Of a DNA stretch of 64,000 nt, positions 25,033 through 36,600 are shown one piece after another. Made by a program: the position numbers and the translations under genes. The DNA is from Octopus sinensis. Lineage: Eukaryota. The notes below the pieces were generated by a model. The model did not search any database and had not been told where the DNA came from. It worked only from the letters and a program-made list of their open reading frames with translations. Within the stretch, counting starts at the first letter, position 1, and each line of letters begins with the position of its first letter. The stretch spans positions 108,128,001 to 108,192,000 of the forward strand of contig NC_042998.1 of the NCBI RefSeq assembly GCF_006345805.1, given 5' to 3'.

Positions 25033-25922
25033 CACGGAGGCCAGTCGTTGCGGTACTGGCTACGATCACGTTCGGATGGTTTTCTTATGTGCCACCGGCA
25101 CTGGTACCACAAGGATACAAATTCCATTGATGTTCATCTATTTTGATTTGGTTCGATTTGATTTGATTTGATTCGATTCGATTCTCACTTGCCTCAACAG
25201 GTCTTCACAAGTGTCACAAGAAGGAAGGTATGCACAGGTGGACTGACTACGTCCCAGGTAGGGGCCACGGATTATGGCTTCACTAGTCTTGCCGGGTCTT
25301 CTCATGCACAGCATACTTCCATAGGTCTCGGTCTCTAGTCATTTCCATGGTGAGACCTAACGTCCGAAGGTCGTGCTTCACCACTTCGTCCCAGGTTTTC
25401 CTGGGTCTACCTCTTCCACGGGTTCCCTCAACTGCTAGGGATTGGCACTTTCTCACACACCTATCTTCATCCATTCTCGCCACATGACCATACCAGCGCA
25501 ATCGTCTCTCTTGCACACAACAACTGATGCTTCTTAGGTACAACATTTCTCTCAAGGTACTAACGCTCTGTCGAGTAAGTACACTGACATTACACATCCA
25601 TCGGAGCATACTGGCTTCGTTCCTCACGAGCTTACGCATGTCCTCAGCAGTCACGGCCCATGTTTCACTGCCATGTAGCATAGCTGTTCGTACACATGCA
25701 TCATACAGTCTGCCTTTTACTCTGAGCGAGAGGCCTTTAGTCACCAGCAGAGGTAAGAGCTCCCTAAACTTTGCCCAGGCTATTCTTATTCTAGCAGTTA
25801 CACTTTCAGCGCACCCGCCCCCACTACTGACTTGGTCACCTAGATAGCGGAAGCTGTCAACTACTTCTAGTTTTTCCCCCCGGAAAGTGACGGAAGTTGT
25901 TTTCTGCAGATTTTCGGAGGTC
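25033..25922 (-). mobile_element. Young RTE LINE fragment lacking its 3' terminus
   Basis: Uninterrupted ~210-aa ORF2 C-terminus ([29 protein letters not shown]) and a partial 3' UTR with no GAT tail. Confidence 0.95.
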
Positions 25923-26133
25923 ATATATATATATATATATATATACATACATATATGTGTGTATATATATATATATATACATACATATATGTGTATATAT
26001 ATATATATACATACATACATATGTGTATATATATATATATATATACATACATATACGTGTATATATATATATATATATATACACATACATATATATACAT
26101 ATATGTATATATATATATATATATACACATACA

Positions 26134-26181
<48 letters not shown>

Positions 26182-26189
26182 TATATACA

Positions 26190-26237
<48 letters not shown>

Positions 26238-26279
26238 TGTATATATATATCTATATACACATATATATAAATATGTATA
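25923..26279. repeat. (TA)n compound microsatellite
   Basis: Direct reading. Confidence 0.95.
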
Positions 26280-27077
26280 TCTATATATATAAAACTCAAC
26301 TTGTGTGTCTGTGTGTTTAACTTCCCGGCACATCTCCTCCTAGCCAACAAATCGTAGAACCACCAAATATGGGTCACTTAAAGTTTAGGCGAATGAAAAT
26401 TGAACTGCGCTATTTCTGTTCCGAAATTCATCTCGCAAGTGCAAAAATCGATAATGTGTTTGTTTAGGCCTTATCCCTTGCATTGAATAGTGAACTTTAC
26501 TCAGTCAGCTGTTTGACATGAACTGTGTTCACCACGCGTGCAAGCATGCGTAAATTGCATGAAAAATAAAAAATAAAAAAATGAATCGCCGTAAACATTG
26601 TAGAAATTCGGCAAAGAAATGAATTTTCGGGATGTAGCCTGGAGGGTTTTTTCGTATTAATCGTTTGGACTTTGTGAACACATACCAATTGTTTTCATAA
26701 CATTTTTAATGCTTTGAATTAAATGTGACCATTTTGCGTTGAGTCTGCAGTTTGAATCACTTTAACCAAATTTTAGCAGGCTGGACTTTTGATCATCACG
26801 ATACATCGCCAGCGACTCTCTGAAACTCTCCCCTGAAATCCCCGTTGAGAAATACTGATCTAAAAGAATAATTCAACAATGCAATTATTTGATCAACAAA
26901 AATATGTGAAACGCTTCTACGTACTTCCTATTGAGGAAATGGAATACATAAGTGCAAAAATAGAGGGCATTAAATGCTTGATTTTAAAACCAAAATAATT
27001 GAATTTTGATTGAACTTCCTCCAAGTTTAGCTTAATTCGCACGTGCATAGAATGCACGAGCCGGGCAATACTGCTAG
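26280..27077 (+). mobile_element. Non-autonomous Helitron (~800 bp)
   Basis: A|TCTATATATATAAAAC start; CGTGCAT-AGA-ATGCACG hairpin at 27042-27058; CTAG|T end; inserted in (TA)n with no TSD. Confidence 0.85.
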
Positions 27078-27097
27078 TATATATATATATACATATA

Positions 27098-27157
<60 letters not shown>

Positions 27158-27158
27158 G

Positions 27159-27191
<33 letters not shown>

Positions 27192-27241
27192 GTATATATA
27201 TATGTGTATATATATATATTATATATATATATATGTATACA

Positions 27242-27288
<47 letters not shown>

Positions 27289-27297
27289 CATATATAT

Positions 27298-27333
<36 letters not shown>

Positions 27334-27341
27334 CATATATA

Positions 27342-29627
27342 TGCACAAGTCGATTGGTGATCTTGCACAAGTCGATTGGTGATCTTGCACAAGTCGATTG
27401 GTCCTTCACGCACACATACACACCCACTAACATCAAAAAGTCCTGGCAGTCACTTGTAGACACCATCACGAACATATGTGCAAGACACACCCCATTAAGA
27501 TCTGCAAACAAATCTAAGTGTCGAATCCCTAGAAATAGAAAATCTCTCATAAGGAAAATTAAAAGAATCAACAAAAAGATCAACATGCTGAAATACTGTC
27601 AACAGCAACACACCAACCTGACTGCCATCTCGTCGCTAGAGATTAAAAAACATAAACTCCAAAACAACATGATGTCTATCATCAATAGTCAGCGAAGAGC
27701 TGAAGAGGCCTGGGCCATTGAGAAGATCAAACTCAATCCCAAAGTGTTCTTTTCATTTGCAAAAAAACACAGAGTCACTGGTTCTACTGTTGGCCCTCTG
27801 ATTGATGAAAATGGTACTCTTCAAGACAATGCCAAAACCATGGGAGAAATATTGCAGAAACAATATTGCTCTGTTTTCAGCAATCCTGATATGACTGATC
27901 TGGGCTGTATCAGTGATGTTACTCCCCAATACACTTTATCGGACATAACATTTAGCGCTCCTGATGTCTTAGCAGCAATAAAGGAAATGAAGCATAATTC
28001 AGCAGTAGGTCCCGATAGGTTCCCTGCTTGTGTCTTGAAGATGTGTCAAAACCAACTTGCACCCCCTCTAGCCAATCTGTGGCGGAACTCATTGGATGCT
28101 GGATATATACCAGAAGACCTTCTATCCCAGTCTGTTGTCCCAGTTTTCAAAAAAGGAAACAAATCGCTTGCCGTGAATTACCGTCCAATCTCACTCACCT
28201 CTCATATCATCAAGGTATTTGAGAGGGTGCTGAGATCGCGTATGACTCACTTCCTTGAGAGTCATAATATGCTGAACCCCAACCAGCATGGATTCCGTAA
28301 TGGGAGAGATTGCCTGACGCAGCTACTGCATCATTTTGATGACATTTTGAGAGCCTTGGGAGAGGGTTCCAACACTGATGTCATCTACCTTGATTTCAGC
28401 AAGGCCTTTGACAGGGTTGATCATAAGATCCTTCTGAGAAAGCTGTCCAATATTGGTGTCACTGGAAAGCTGCTGCAATGGATCGAGTGCTTCCTCTCTA
28501 ACAGAACCCAACATGTTGTAGTCGAAGGAGTCAAATCCAGCCCAGCCAAAGTCAGCAGTGGTGTCCCACAAGGCACTGTGTTGGGCCCACTTCTCTTCAT
28601 CATCTACATAAATGATATTACTGACACCATCAAACACAGCAACATCAGAACCTTCGCTGATGATTCCAAGCTCCAGAAGGTCATCAATGGCGTGGATGAC
28701 CGAATAAACCTTCAGTCAGACCTACTGGCTGTTGTCCAATGGGCGGAAAAGAATAACATGTTGCTAAATGAAGACAAATTCGAACTGATCCACTTTGGAA
28801 GGGAGGACGCTCTGAAACTCCCATACTCTCTTCTTCTGGAGAAATTCTCATGGCATCCAACAACATCAGAGACCTGGGAGTAACAGTGGACAACAACATA
28901 AGCTGGGCTACACATATAAGCAGCAAAGTTGACATGGCCCGCAGAATGTGTTCCTGGATTCTCAGAACCTTCCAGTCGAGAGATTCCCACACTATTATCC
29001 TTCTCTTCTCCACTTTTGCCCGACCCCACCTTGAATACTGCTGTCCACTGTGGTCTCCCTACACAAAACAAAATATTATGAGAATTGAAGCTCCCCAAAG
29101 GTCAATCACAAAAAAGATAGATGGCATGTCAGACCTTGACTACTGGGGTAGACTAGAGAAGCTGAAATTGTATTCACTCTAACGACGCCGTGAACGCTAC
29201 ATTATCTGTATGATGTGGAAAATATTCCATCAGCACTGTCCGAATGATGTTGGCATCACCTTCAAAATGCATCCAAGGCTTGGACCACGTGCCATCCGTC
29301 CACAACAAAAATCTAAATCGCATCACATAACGACAATACGGCACAACTATTTCACCTCAATTGGACCCGCTCTCTTCAACATTACACCAGGACACGTCAA
29401 AAAAGAAACTGACCACACAAAATTCAAGAAGTCTTTGGACAAATTCCTTCAAACAGTACCGGACAAACCACCCACACCCGGATATGTCTCCGCAAACAAT
29501 AACTCTCTGCTCGAATGGGCCTTGGTGCCCAAATCCTGAACTGAAAGACTTCGCCAGGTGGTGCTATTAAGTTAGACATGGCCTGGGCCAATACTGGCCA
29601 AAAACCTTTCTAAGTTATTCTAAGTTA
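27342..29627 (+). mobile_element. 5'-truncated CR1/L2-group LINE with RT domain
   Basis: NYRPISLTS, NQHGF, YLDFSKAFD, GVPQGTVLGP, FADD; frameshift near 28835 and stop at 29180; (TTCTAAGTTA)n tail; (TA)n on both sides. Confidence 0.96.
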
Positions 29628-29745
29628 TATATATATATATATGTATACATATATATATATATACATATACATATATATATATATACATGTATATACATAT
29701 ATATATATATATATACATGTATATACATATATATATATATATACA

Positions 29746-30520
29746 TCATCATCATCATCATTTAACGTCCGCTTTCCATGCTAGCATGGGTTGGACGGTT
29801 CAACTGGGGTCTGGGGAGCCCGAAAGCTGCACCAGTCCAGTCAGATCTGGCAGTGTTTCTACAGCTGGATGCCCTTCCTAATGCCAACCACTCCGAGAGT
29901 GTAGTGGGTGATTTTATGTACCACCGACACAGGTGCCAGACGAGGCTGGCAAACGGCCACGCTCGGATGGTGTTTTTATGTGCCACCGACACAGGTGCCA
30001 GATGAGGCTGGCAAAACGGCCACGATCGGATGGTGCTTGTTACGTGCCCACAGCACGGAGGCCAGTCGATGCGGTACTGGCTACGGCCACGTTCGGATGG
30101 TTTTCTTGTGTGCCACGTGCCACCGGCACTGGTACCACAAGGATACAAATTCCATTGATGTTCATCTATTTTGATTTGTTTTGATTTGATTTTCACTTGC
30201 CTCAACAGGTCTTCACAAGTGTCACAAGAAGGAAGGTATGCACAGGTGGACTATGCACAGGTGGACTGACTACGTCCCAGGTAGGGGCCATGGGTTATGG
30301 CCTGACTAGTCTTGCCGGGTCTTCGGATGGTGTTTTTATGTGCCACCGACACAGGTGCTCGGGTCTTCGGATGGTGTTTTTATGTGCCACCGACACAGGT
30401 GCTAGATGAGGCTGGCGAACGGCCACGATCGGATGGGGTTTGTCATGTGCCCACCGCACTGACTACAGCACTGATGGATTTCTTGTGTGCCACGGCACTG
30501 GTACCACAAGATACAAATAT
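29746..30520 (-). mobile_element. RTE 3' end with a rearranged 5' junction
   Basis: (CAT)n and the full 3' UTR up to the ORF end near 30318, then re-entry into UTR units. Confidence 0.92.
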
Positions 30521-30884
30521 ACATATATATATATATATTATATATATATATTATATATATATATGTATACATATATATATATGTATGTATATATATATAT
30601 ATGCATATGTATACATGTAAATATATGTATGTATATATATATATGCATATATACATATATGTATGTATATATATATGCATATATATGTATACATATATAT
30701 ACATACATATATATATACATACATATATATATATATACATACATATATATATACATACATATATATATACACACTCATATATACATATAAATATATGTGT
30801 ATATATATATATACACATACTTCTTAGTCTCCATCATTACCACTATGTTGACATTCAATTCATCATACTTGCACAAGTGAATGT

Positions 30885-33130
30885 TTTTTCTAGCAAAGGG
30901 TTGTGATACTGTTGACCATCAGTCCTTTGCCATCTCCTTCATGAGGATCATCATCCTTAGGTCAGTTTCCACCACCTCATTCCATGACTTTGTAGGTCTC
31001 CCTGAGCTGCTTTATGCAGTTGTAATCTCCAGTATCCACCACATACCTATATTAGCAACCTTCCCTCTTGTGCATTATACCAGATTGTGCTTATGTTCAC
31101 TTTCTCACTTAGATTTGTGCTTTATTGTTCATGCACACTAACATTATCCATACAGTGAATCATGCTTGCTTCATTTTTTTCTAATCACTGCATTCAAGGC
31201 CTATGCCTCACAAACATGCACATACATCAACAACTCTTTGAACTTTTTCTCGCCCATTCTTACTCTGGCTACTATGCTTTCAGAACACCCAATGCCACTG
31301 CTAATTAGGTCACCTAGTTACCAAAAGCTATCAACTATTTGTCGTGGTTGTCCAGACATTTGAGAGAACTTGTTTTACAGATGCTCTTTAATGCTTACTG
31401 CATCACTGTATATGAAATCTTCCTTTTCATTTAGCTTTTCAGTGATTCTGTATCTTGTATACATGCAGGGTATACAATGCATATGGAATTTTTACCCATG
31501 CCTTTTCTGCATATGAAGCATGACCATTTCCTTGATAATAATAAGGTCCTGTCTTCTTTTCTACTTAGTAAAACTTTACCCTTTGCAAAGTTTATTGTGA
31601 AGCATCTTAAGTCTAGGTTTTGCTTCCATATCTGAGATTTCTTCTATACATCTTTGACGCATCTATAGGCCAGCAATGTCATTTTAAACTCCATTGCTAT
31701 CACTCACCAAGTTAACTGCACATGAATTGTACAGTCAAAAAATTCACTCAGCTGCTCTTAGTTTCCTTAATAACTGCCAGACTATAGAGTATGGAATTCT
31801 GTCAAAGACCTTCTGCAGACTGACAAATGTTAGATAGAAGGGCTTATTCTTAGCAGAGTACTTCTGCATTTGTCTCATCAGGAAGAGGGTATCAGTAGTT
31901 CTTGTTCTTAGCACAAACCTACACAGCATCTTAGCGAAGCTAATTCTATACTTAATCAACTGCACTTGATGCTTCTATAGTTCCTCTCCCTAGTGCATTT
32001 CTACTGCTCTGGTAGCAGTTGACAATGATAATACCATATCAGACATCTTGTAATACCTAATTGACTATGCATGTGACTAGTGCATGACTGCCTCACCAGA
32101 TATTTTTAGGCTCTCAGGGACAATATTTGCCTTCTTAGCTTTCATAACCTTCATTGTTTAATCTATCATACAACTGTTTAATCTATCATACAACTGTCAG
32201 CTTCAATGGGTAGATCTGAGACTGATCGAGGTCCCGGCAAGACAGAAGGTGAGATAGAAGTGGAGTAATGCTACAGATAGGAATATACAACTCTATTGAG
32301 TCTACTGAGGTAAACTCTCTTTCCCATGCATTCTCCCTGTTTAACAGTCTCTCATCATAGTACTCCTCTGTCTCTTTTATGTATTATTAAGGGTTAGTGC
32401 ACTGATATCATTTTGAATGTAATTCTCTCCAATGATATCTCAATCTTTTCTGACACTCTTTTGCATGTATGGAAGATGGACATTAAATGATGATGATGAT
32501 GATGAATATCTTTTACTTCTGCTCCTTATGGTCCAGAATATGTACCGATATACTGTTTTTTGTGTCACCCCTAGCTAAGCATACTTGATATTTAGCTTCT
32601 CTTTAGCTACTTGAAATGGGTCTCTATAGTGCTTTCTCATCCAAGCCTGTCTATAGTGCTTCACTCATTCCAAGCCTGTCTCTTAAGTTGTATATTCCTA
32701 TCTGTAGCATTACTCCACTTCTATCTCACCTTCTGTCTTGCCGGGACCTCGATCAGTCTCAGATCTAGGCAGTAATCCTCAGTAGATTGTTTTGTAGGAA
32801 TTCCTCATTGTCTCCTCTTTCATGGACATCAACTTTGGTTTTTTCAAATTTGCACATAGCTAATAACTCTTTCAGCTTCTATAACTCCCTTCTTCAAATT
32901 TTTGTTTTTGTTTTTTGACCATCTAGCTCTTCTTCTGAAGTCACTAATCACCAATATTGTACATTCATCACAAGAGAAAGACTTAGCAATTACAACCATC
33001 AGGTTACCTCATTTCCTGGTAAGAATAGAGTCTCTCTGGTTTGTGTGTTCAGTTGGCTGGAAGAAGAGCAGGTAGCTGGCCAGTTTCTTGGAGTTTGTAT
33101 TGCTTAGGTCATTTACATCCTGGACTACAT
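30885..33130 (-). mobile_element. Old, heavily decayed RTE LINE
   Basis: Collinear remnants of the endonuclease end, FLQNNLLR, KRQAW, ERLLN and RT-region motifs. Confidence 0.7.
32211..32767. repeat. Perfect 82-bp inverted duplication (32211-32292 and 32686-32767)
   Basis: 82/82 identity by hand comparison. Confidence 0.95.
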
Positions 33131-33725
33131 AAGCTTTGACCCTGCCTCATTCCTTGTACCATACCTATACCCACCAAGTATGCCATGAATGTGAGAGTAT
33201 GTGTATTGCCAACACACTTACAAACATATATGCTTGTATTTGTATATATTCATTATATGCAGATATATAAAGTATTCTGTTGTAGAGCTGTACAAAACAG
33301 CAGAATGTCCTTAGATGCAAAAAAATCAGCTTGAACTTGCAACCCAACAGTGGGAGTATTTACAAGGGAACAGTGGCCCAAAAGATAGCATTGTTGGAAC
33401 TATAAAAGGCTGAATTATAGATAAAGGTCACTTTTAAATAAATTTGTCATTTATTGGTTAAATTCAAACCTATCTCTTAGCTGCCATGCCTTGGATGGCA
33501 TTGTGGTGGGAGGTAGTGGAAGAGAGAAATTAAGAGATAATAAGGTGAAAATGAAACCAGGTGTTGAAAGGTATAATCGGAGCAATGTAGGAAGTCAGAA
33601 GTTAATGAGTTTGTAAAATGCTGTGGTTGACAGTTATATACATACATGTATATATAAACACATACATCATTGTGAGCATACCCCACCCATCTCTCTCTCT
33701 ATATATATCTATATATGTATATATT

Positions 33726-34052
33726 CTTTTATCCTTTTACTTGTTTCAGTTAGGGTTTTAGTCAAAGAAATAGACCAAAGGGCTTATTCTTTGTAAGTCT
33801 GGTACTTATTCTATCGGTCTCTTTGGCTGAAGGTATGGGGACATAAACACATCAGCGTCGGTTGTCAAACGAAGATGGAGTTGTGGGACTTCAGACATAC
33901 ATGCATAAATACACACACACACAATGGGCTTCTTTCAGTTTCCGTCTGAATATAAACATATATATACAAGCATATATATAAACATATATGCTTGTATTTG
34001 TCTATCTGCAAACATTCTTTCAGTTTCCGTCACAAGGCTTTGGTCGGCACGA
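33726..34052 (-). mobile_element. Partial SINE of the 49049 family with a 68-nt internal insertion
   Basis: Collinear with 49049-49345; TTCTTTCAGTTTCCGTC is duplicated at 33930 and 34015. Confidence 0.8.
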
Positions 34053-34087
34053 CGCTATATATATATATATATATATAGATATATATA

Positions 34088-34136
<49 letters not shown>

Positions 34137-34187
34137 CGTGTGCGTGCGTGTGTGTGTGCGTGCGTGCGTGCGTGTGTGTGTGTGTGC

Positions 34188-34572
34188 TTCTTTATTGCCC
34201 ACAGGGGGCTAAACGTAGAGAGGACAAAGGGATTAAGTCGATTACATCGACCCCAGTGCGTAACTGGTACTTAATTTAATCGACCCTGAAAGGATGACAG
34301 TTAAAGTCGACCTCGGCGGAATTTGAACTCAGAACATAATGTCAGAAGAAATACCTATTTCTTTACTACCCACAACGGGCTAAACACAGAGGGGACAAAC
34401 AAGGAGAGACAAACGGATTAAGTCGATTGCGTAACTGGTACTTATTTAATCGACCCCGAAAGGATGAAAGGCAAAGTCGACCTCGGTGGAATTTGAACTC
34501 GGAACGTAACGGCAGACGAAATACCGCTAAGCATTTTGCCTGGCGTGCTAACGTTTGTGCCAGCTCGCCGCC
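34188..34572 (-). mobile_element. Head-to-tail dimer of a tRNA-derived SINE with a Tx1-like tail
   Basis: Full unit 34356-34572 (GGCGGCGAGCTGGC head, GAGTTCAAATTCC B-box, GTCGACTTTGCCTTTCATCCTTTCGGGGTCGAT core) followed by a 5'-truncated unit 34188-34355. Confidence 0.92.
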
Positions 34573-35503
34573 TATATATTAAATGCGATTACAATTTGCA
34601 ATTACTTTTAAATATACAGTTTTATAAGAAATGTTTTTCACGATGCTTGCGTAATAACTTGGAAGAAATCAGGCTGTTTAGCAATCAAAAATAGAAATCC
34701 TGTCACAATCCATTACTCTACAGGCACAAAGTATAAAATTTTGATGGCGCGTGGAGGGCGGGGGTCGATTACATCATTCCCAGTGCCCAGCTGGTACCAA
34801 TTTCATCGAAACCCAAAGGGATGAAAGCAAAATCGACCACGGCAGAATTTGAACTCAGAATGTAAAGACGAATGAAATGCATTTGTTCTGCCAGTTTACC
34901 ACCTTGTGACTTTTCAGCATTTACATAAATATTACTAATGCATACATATATATATATATATAAAACTGTATACATACATCCTTGATGATGTTTACAGACA
35001 CAACTACTTGCATACACATAATTAAATGTGTTCGTACATATTCATATATATTACCTACATATAACTGAAACCTTTCATAAGTGTCCATCTCCGCTCACCT
35101 TCAAATCCAAGCTTGTACATATGTACACAAACATTTGCATTCAAATGCATACACATATTTATATCAATATATTTCACATAAACGTATAGTTACTCACACC
35201 CACAGATACATATCTTTACGTACACAAATTTATATTAAAAGCACACCAATACACTTCAGTATGTAACAGATACATAAAAAGGGACAAGAAAACATCGGCG
35301 AGAAAACAGAAAACCGGTGTCCTTCAAAGGAAATCCTTTATGATATTTGTTCTACTCTGAGTTACAGACATTTGTCACTCTCCCCCTCAAAAATGGAATG
35401 AACCACTAATAGACTTACAGGAAATTTGTAACTAACGACGCTATTGTTCACTAAATGTAATATAAAATAAATAAATAAATAGGTCTGCTCAATCAAGGCT
35501 TAC

Positions 35504-35609
35504 CTGGGGTTCAACAGCAACAACCCAGTAATTTACGAAGATTGACTAAATTGAAATTAATGTTTCTGGCCAAATTCCCCACTGACACGATGAATAATAA
35601 CAATACATT
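35504..35609 (-). other. Candidate non-coding (5' UTR) exon, 106 nt
   Basis: Acceptor TGTCTCGCATTTCTGTTTGCAG and donor CAG|GTAAG; stops in all three frames. Confidence 0.45.
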
Positions 35610-36439
35610 CTGCAAACAGAAATGCGAGACAATTAATTAATAGTGATAATCACAACAGAGAGAGAGAGAGAGAGAGAAAGAGGGAGACAGAGTAAGATAT
35701 TTTGCGGCAATCGAAAGATTGCCTATTTTGCAATACAACTTTTATATATAATCAGACGGTAGAATATCATACCTAATTGGAGTGTTTTTATTAGTGGTGT
35801 GAGGATCGCAGGTTCAAATCCTTCTGTGAATGTAATTACGAGCCAACATCGGAGTCATTGTGTGGCCGTTCGATCTGCTGGAAATAGCAGTCAAACCTCA
35901 CTTTACCGTCTTAAATAAGACATTGATACGACAGGAATACGTTTGATTCATAACTTTGCTCGACCAGACCCTATCTGGGCTAAGCAACTAAATTTATGTG
36001 ATAGATTATAACAGCAATTAACTACCCAATATAATATATATCATCACACACACACTAGCAAATATACGCAATTGGCGAGGATAGCCGTTTATATTTCTTT
36101 CCTCCGAACTTTATTTTAAAATAATTTTCTTCGTGACCCAAGAAGGATGAACAGTAAAAGTAATCTGAGAAATTTGAACTCAGAACGTAAAGTGAGGTAA
36201 CCAAATAGCGCAAAATAATTAGTTCGACGCTCTGCCGACTCTAACATTTACTATTCTAAATAGAGATTAAATATCATAAATAAGTGGGGAAAATGTACGA
36301 ACTTTTAACGTCTTCTTTAGTCAAGGAACCAAGGTGGCTGTTTGTTTGCCTGTGTATGTTAATATATGTGTGTGCGTATGTATGTATATATATAAACGGA
36401 AAATCAACAAATGGTGATACAATAATTTCAGCTTCTTGT

Positions 36440-36600
36440 TTATAACTTCATTGGGGGGAACCGTCGTCACTTCCGCTACTAAAAATGCAGATCAATGATT
36501 GGATGAAAAAAAACTGATACGGCTTTTCGTCGTTAAGGGGTTTACCTTTACCATGACGACATAAAACGCGTCTACACATGCTTTGTTATGTATACTCAGT
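36440..36600. promoter_or_regulatory. Candidate promoter motif cluster
   Basis: CGTCACTTCCG (CRE half-site plus ETS core) and a reverse CCAAT (GATTGG) in CpG-rich unique DNA just upstream of the 35.5-kb exon candidate on the minus strand. Confidence 0.3.

Noticed and set aside
27342-27402. CRISPR-like short repeats
   Set aside because: The units are directly adjacent with no spacers, there are no cas genes, and the context is a eukaryotic LINE junction.
29900-30120. Repeat-spacer-like pattern in the RTE 3' UTR
   Set aside because: The variable parts are homologous hairpin loops inside a LINE UTR, not acquired spacers.
32211-32767. MITE defined by 82-bp TIRs
   Set aside because: The interior is collinear RTE sequence, one arm is native RTE, and there is no TSD.
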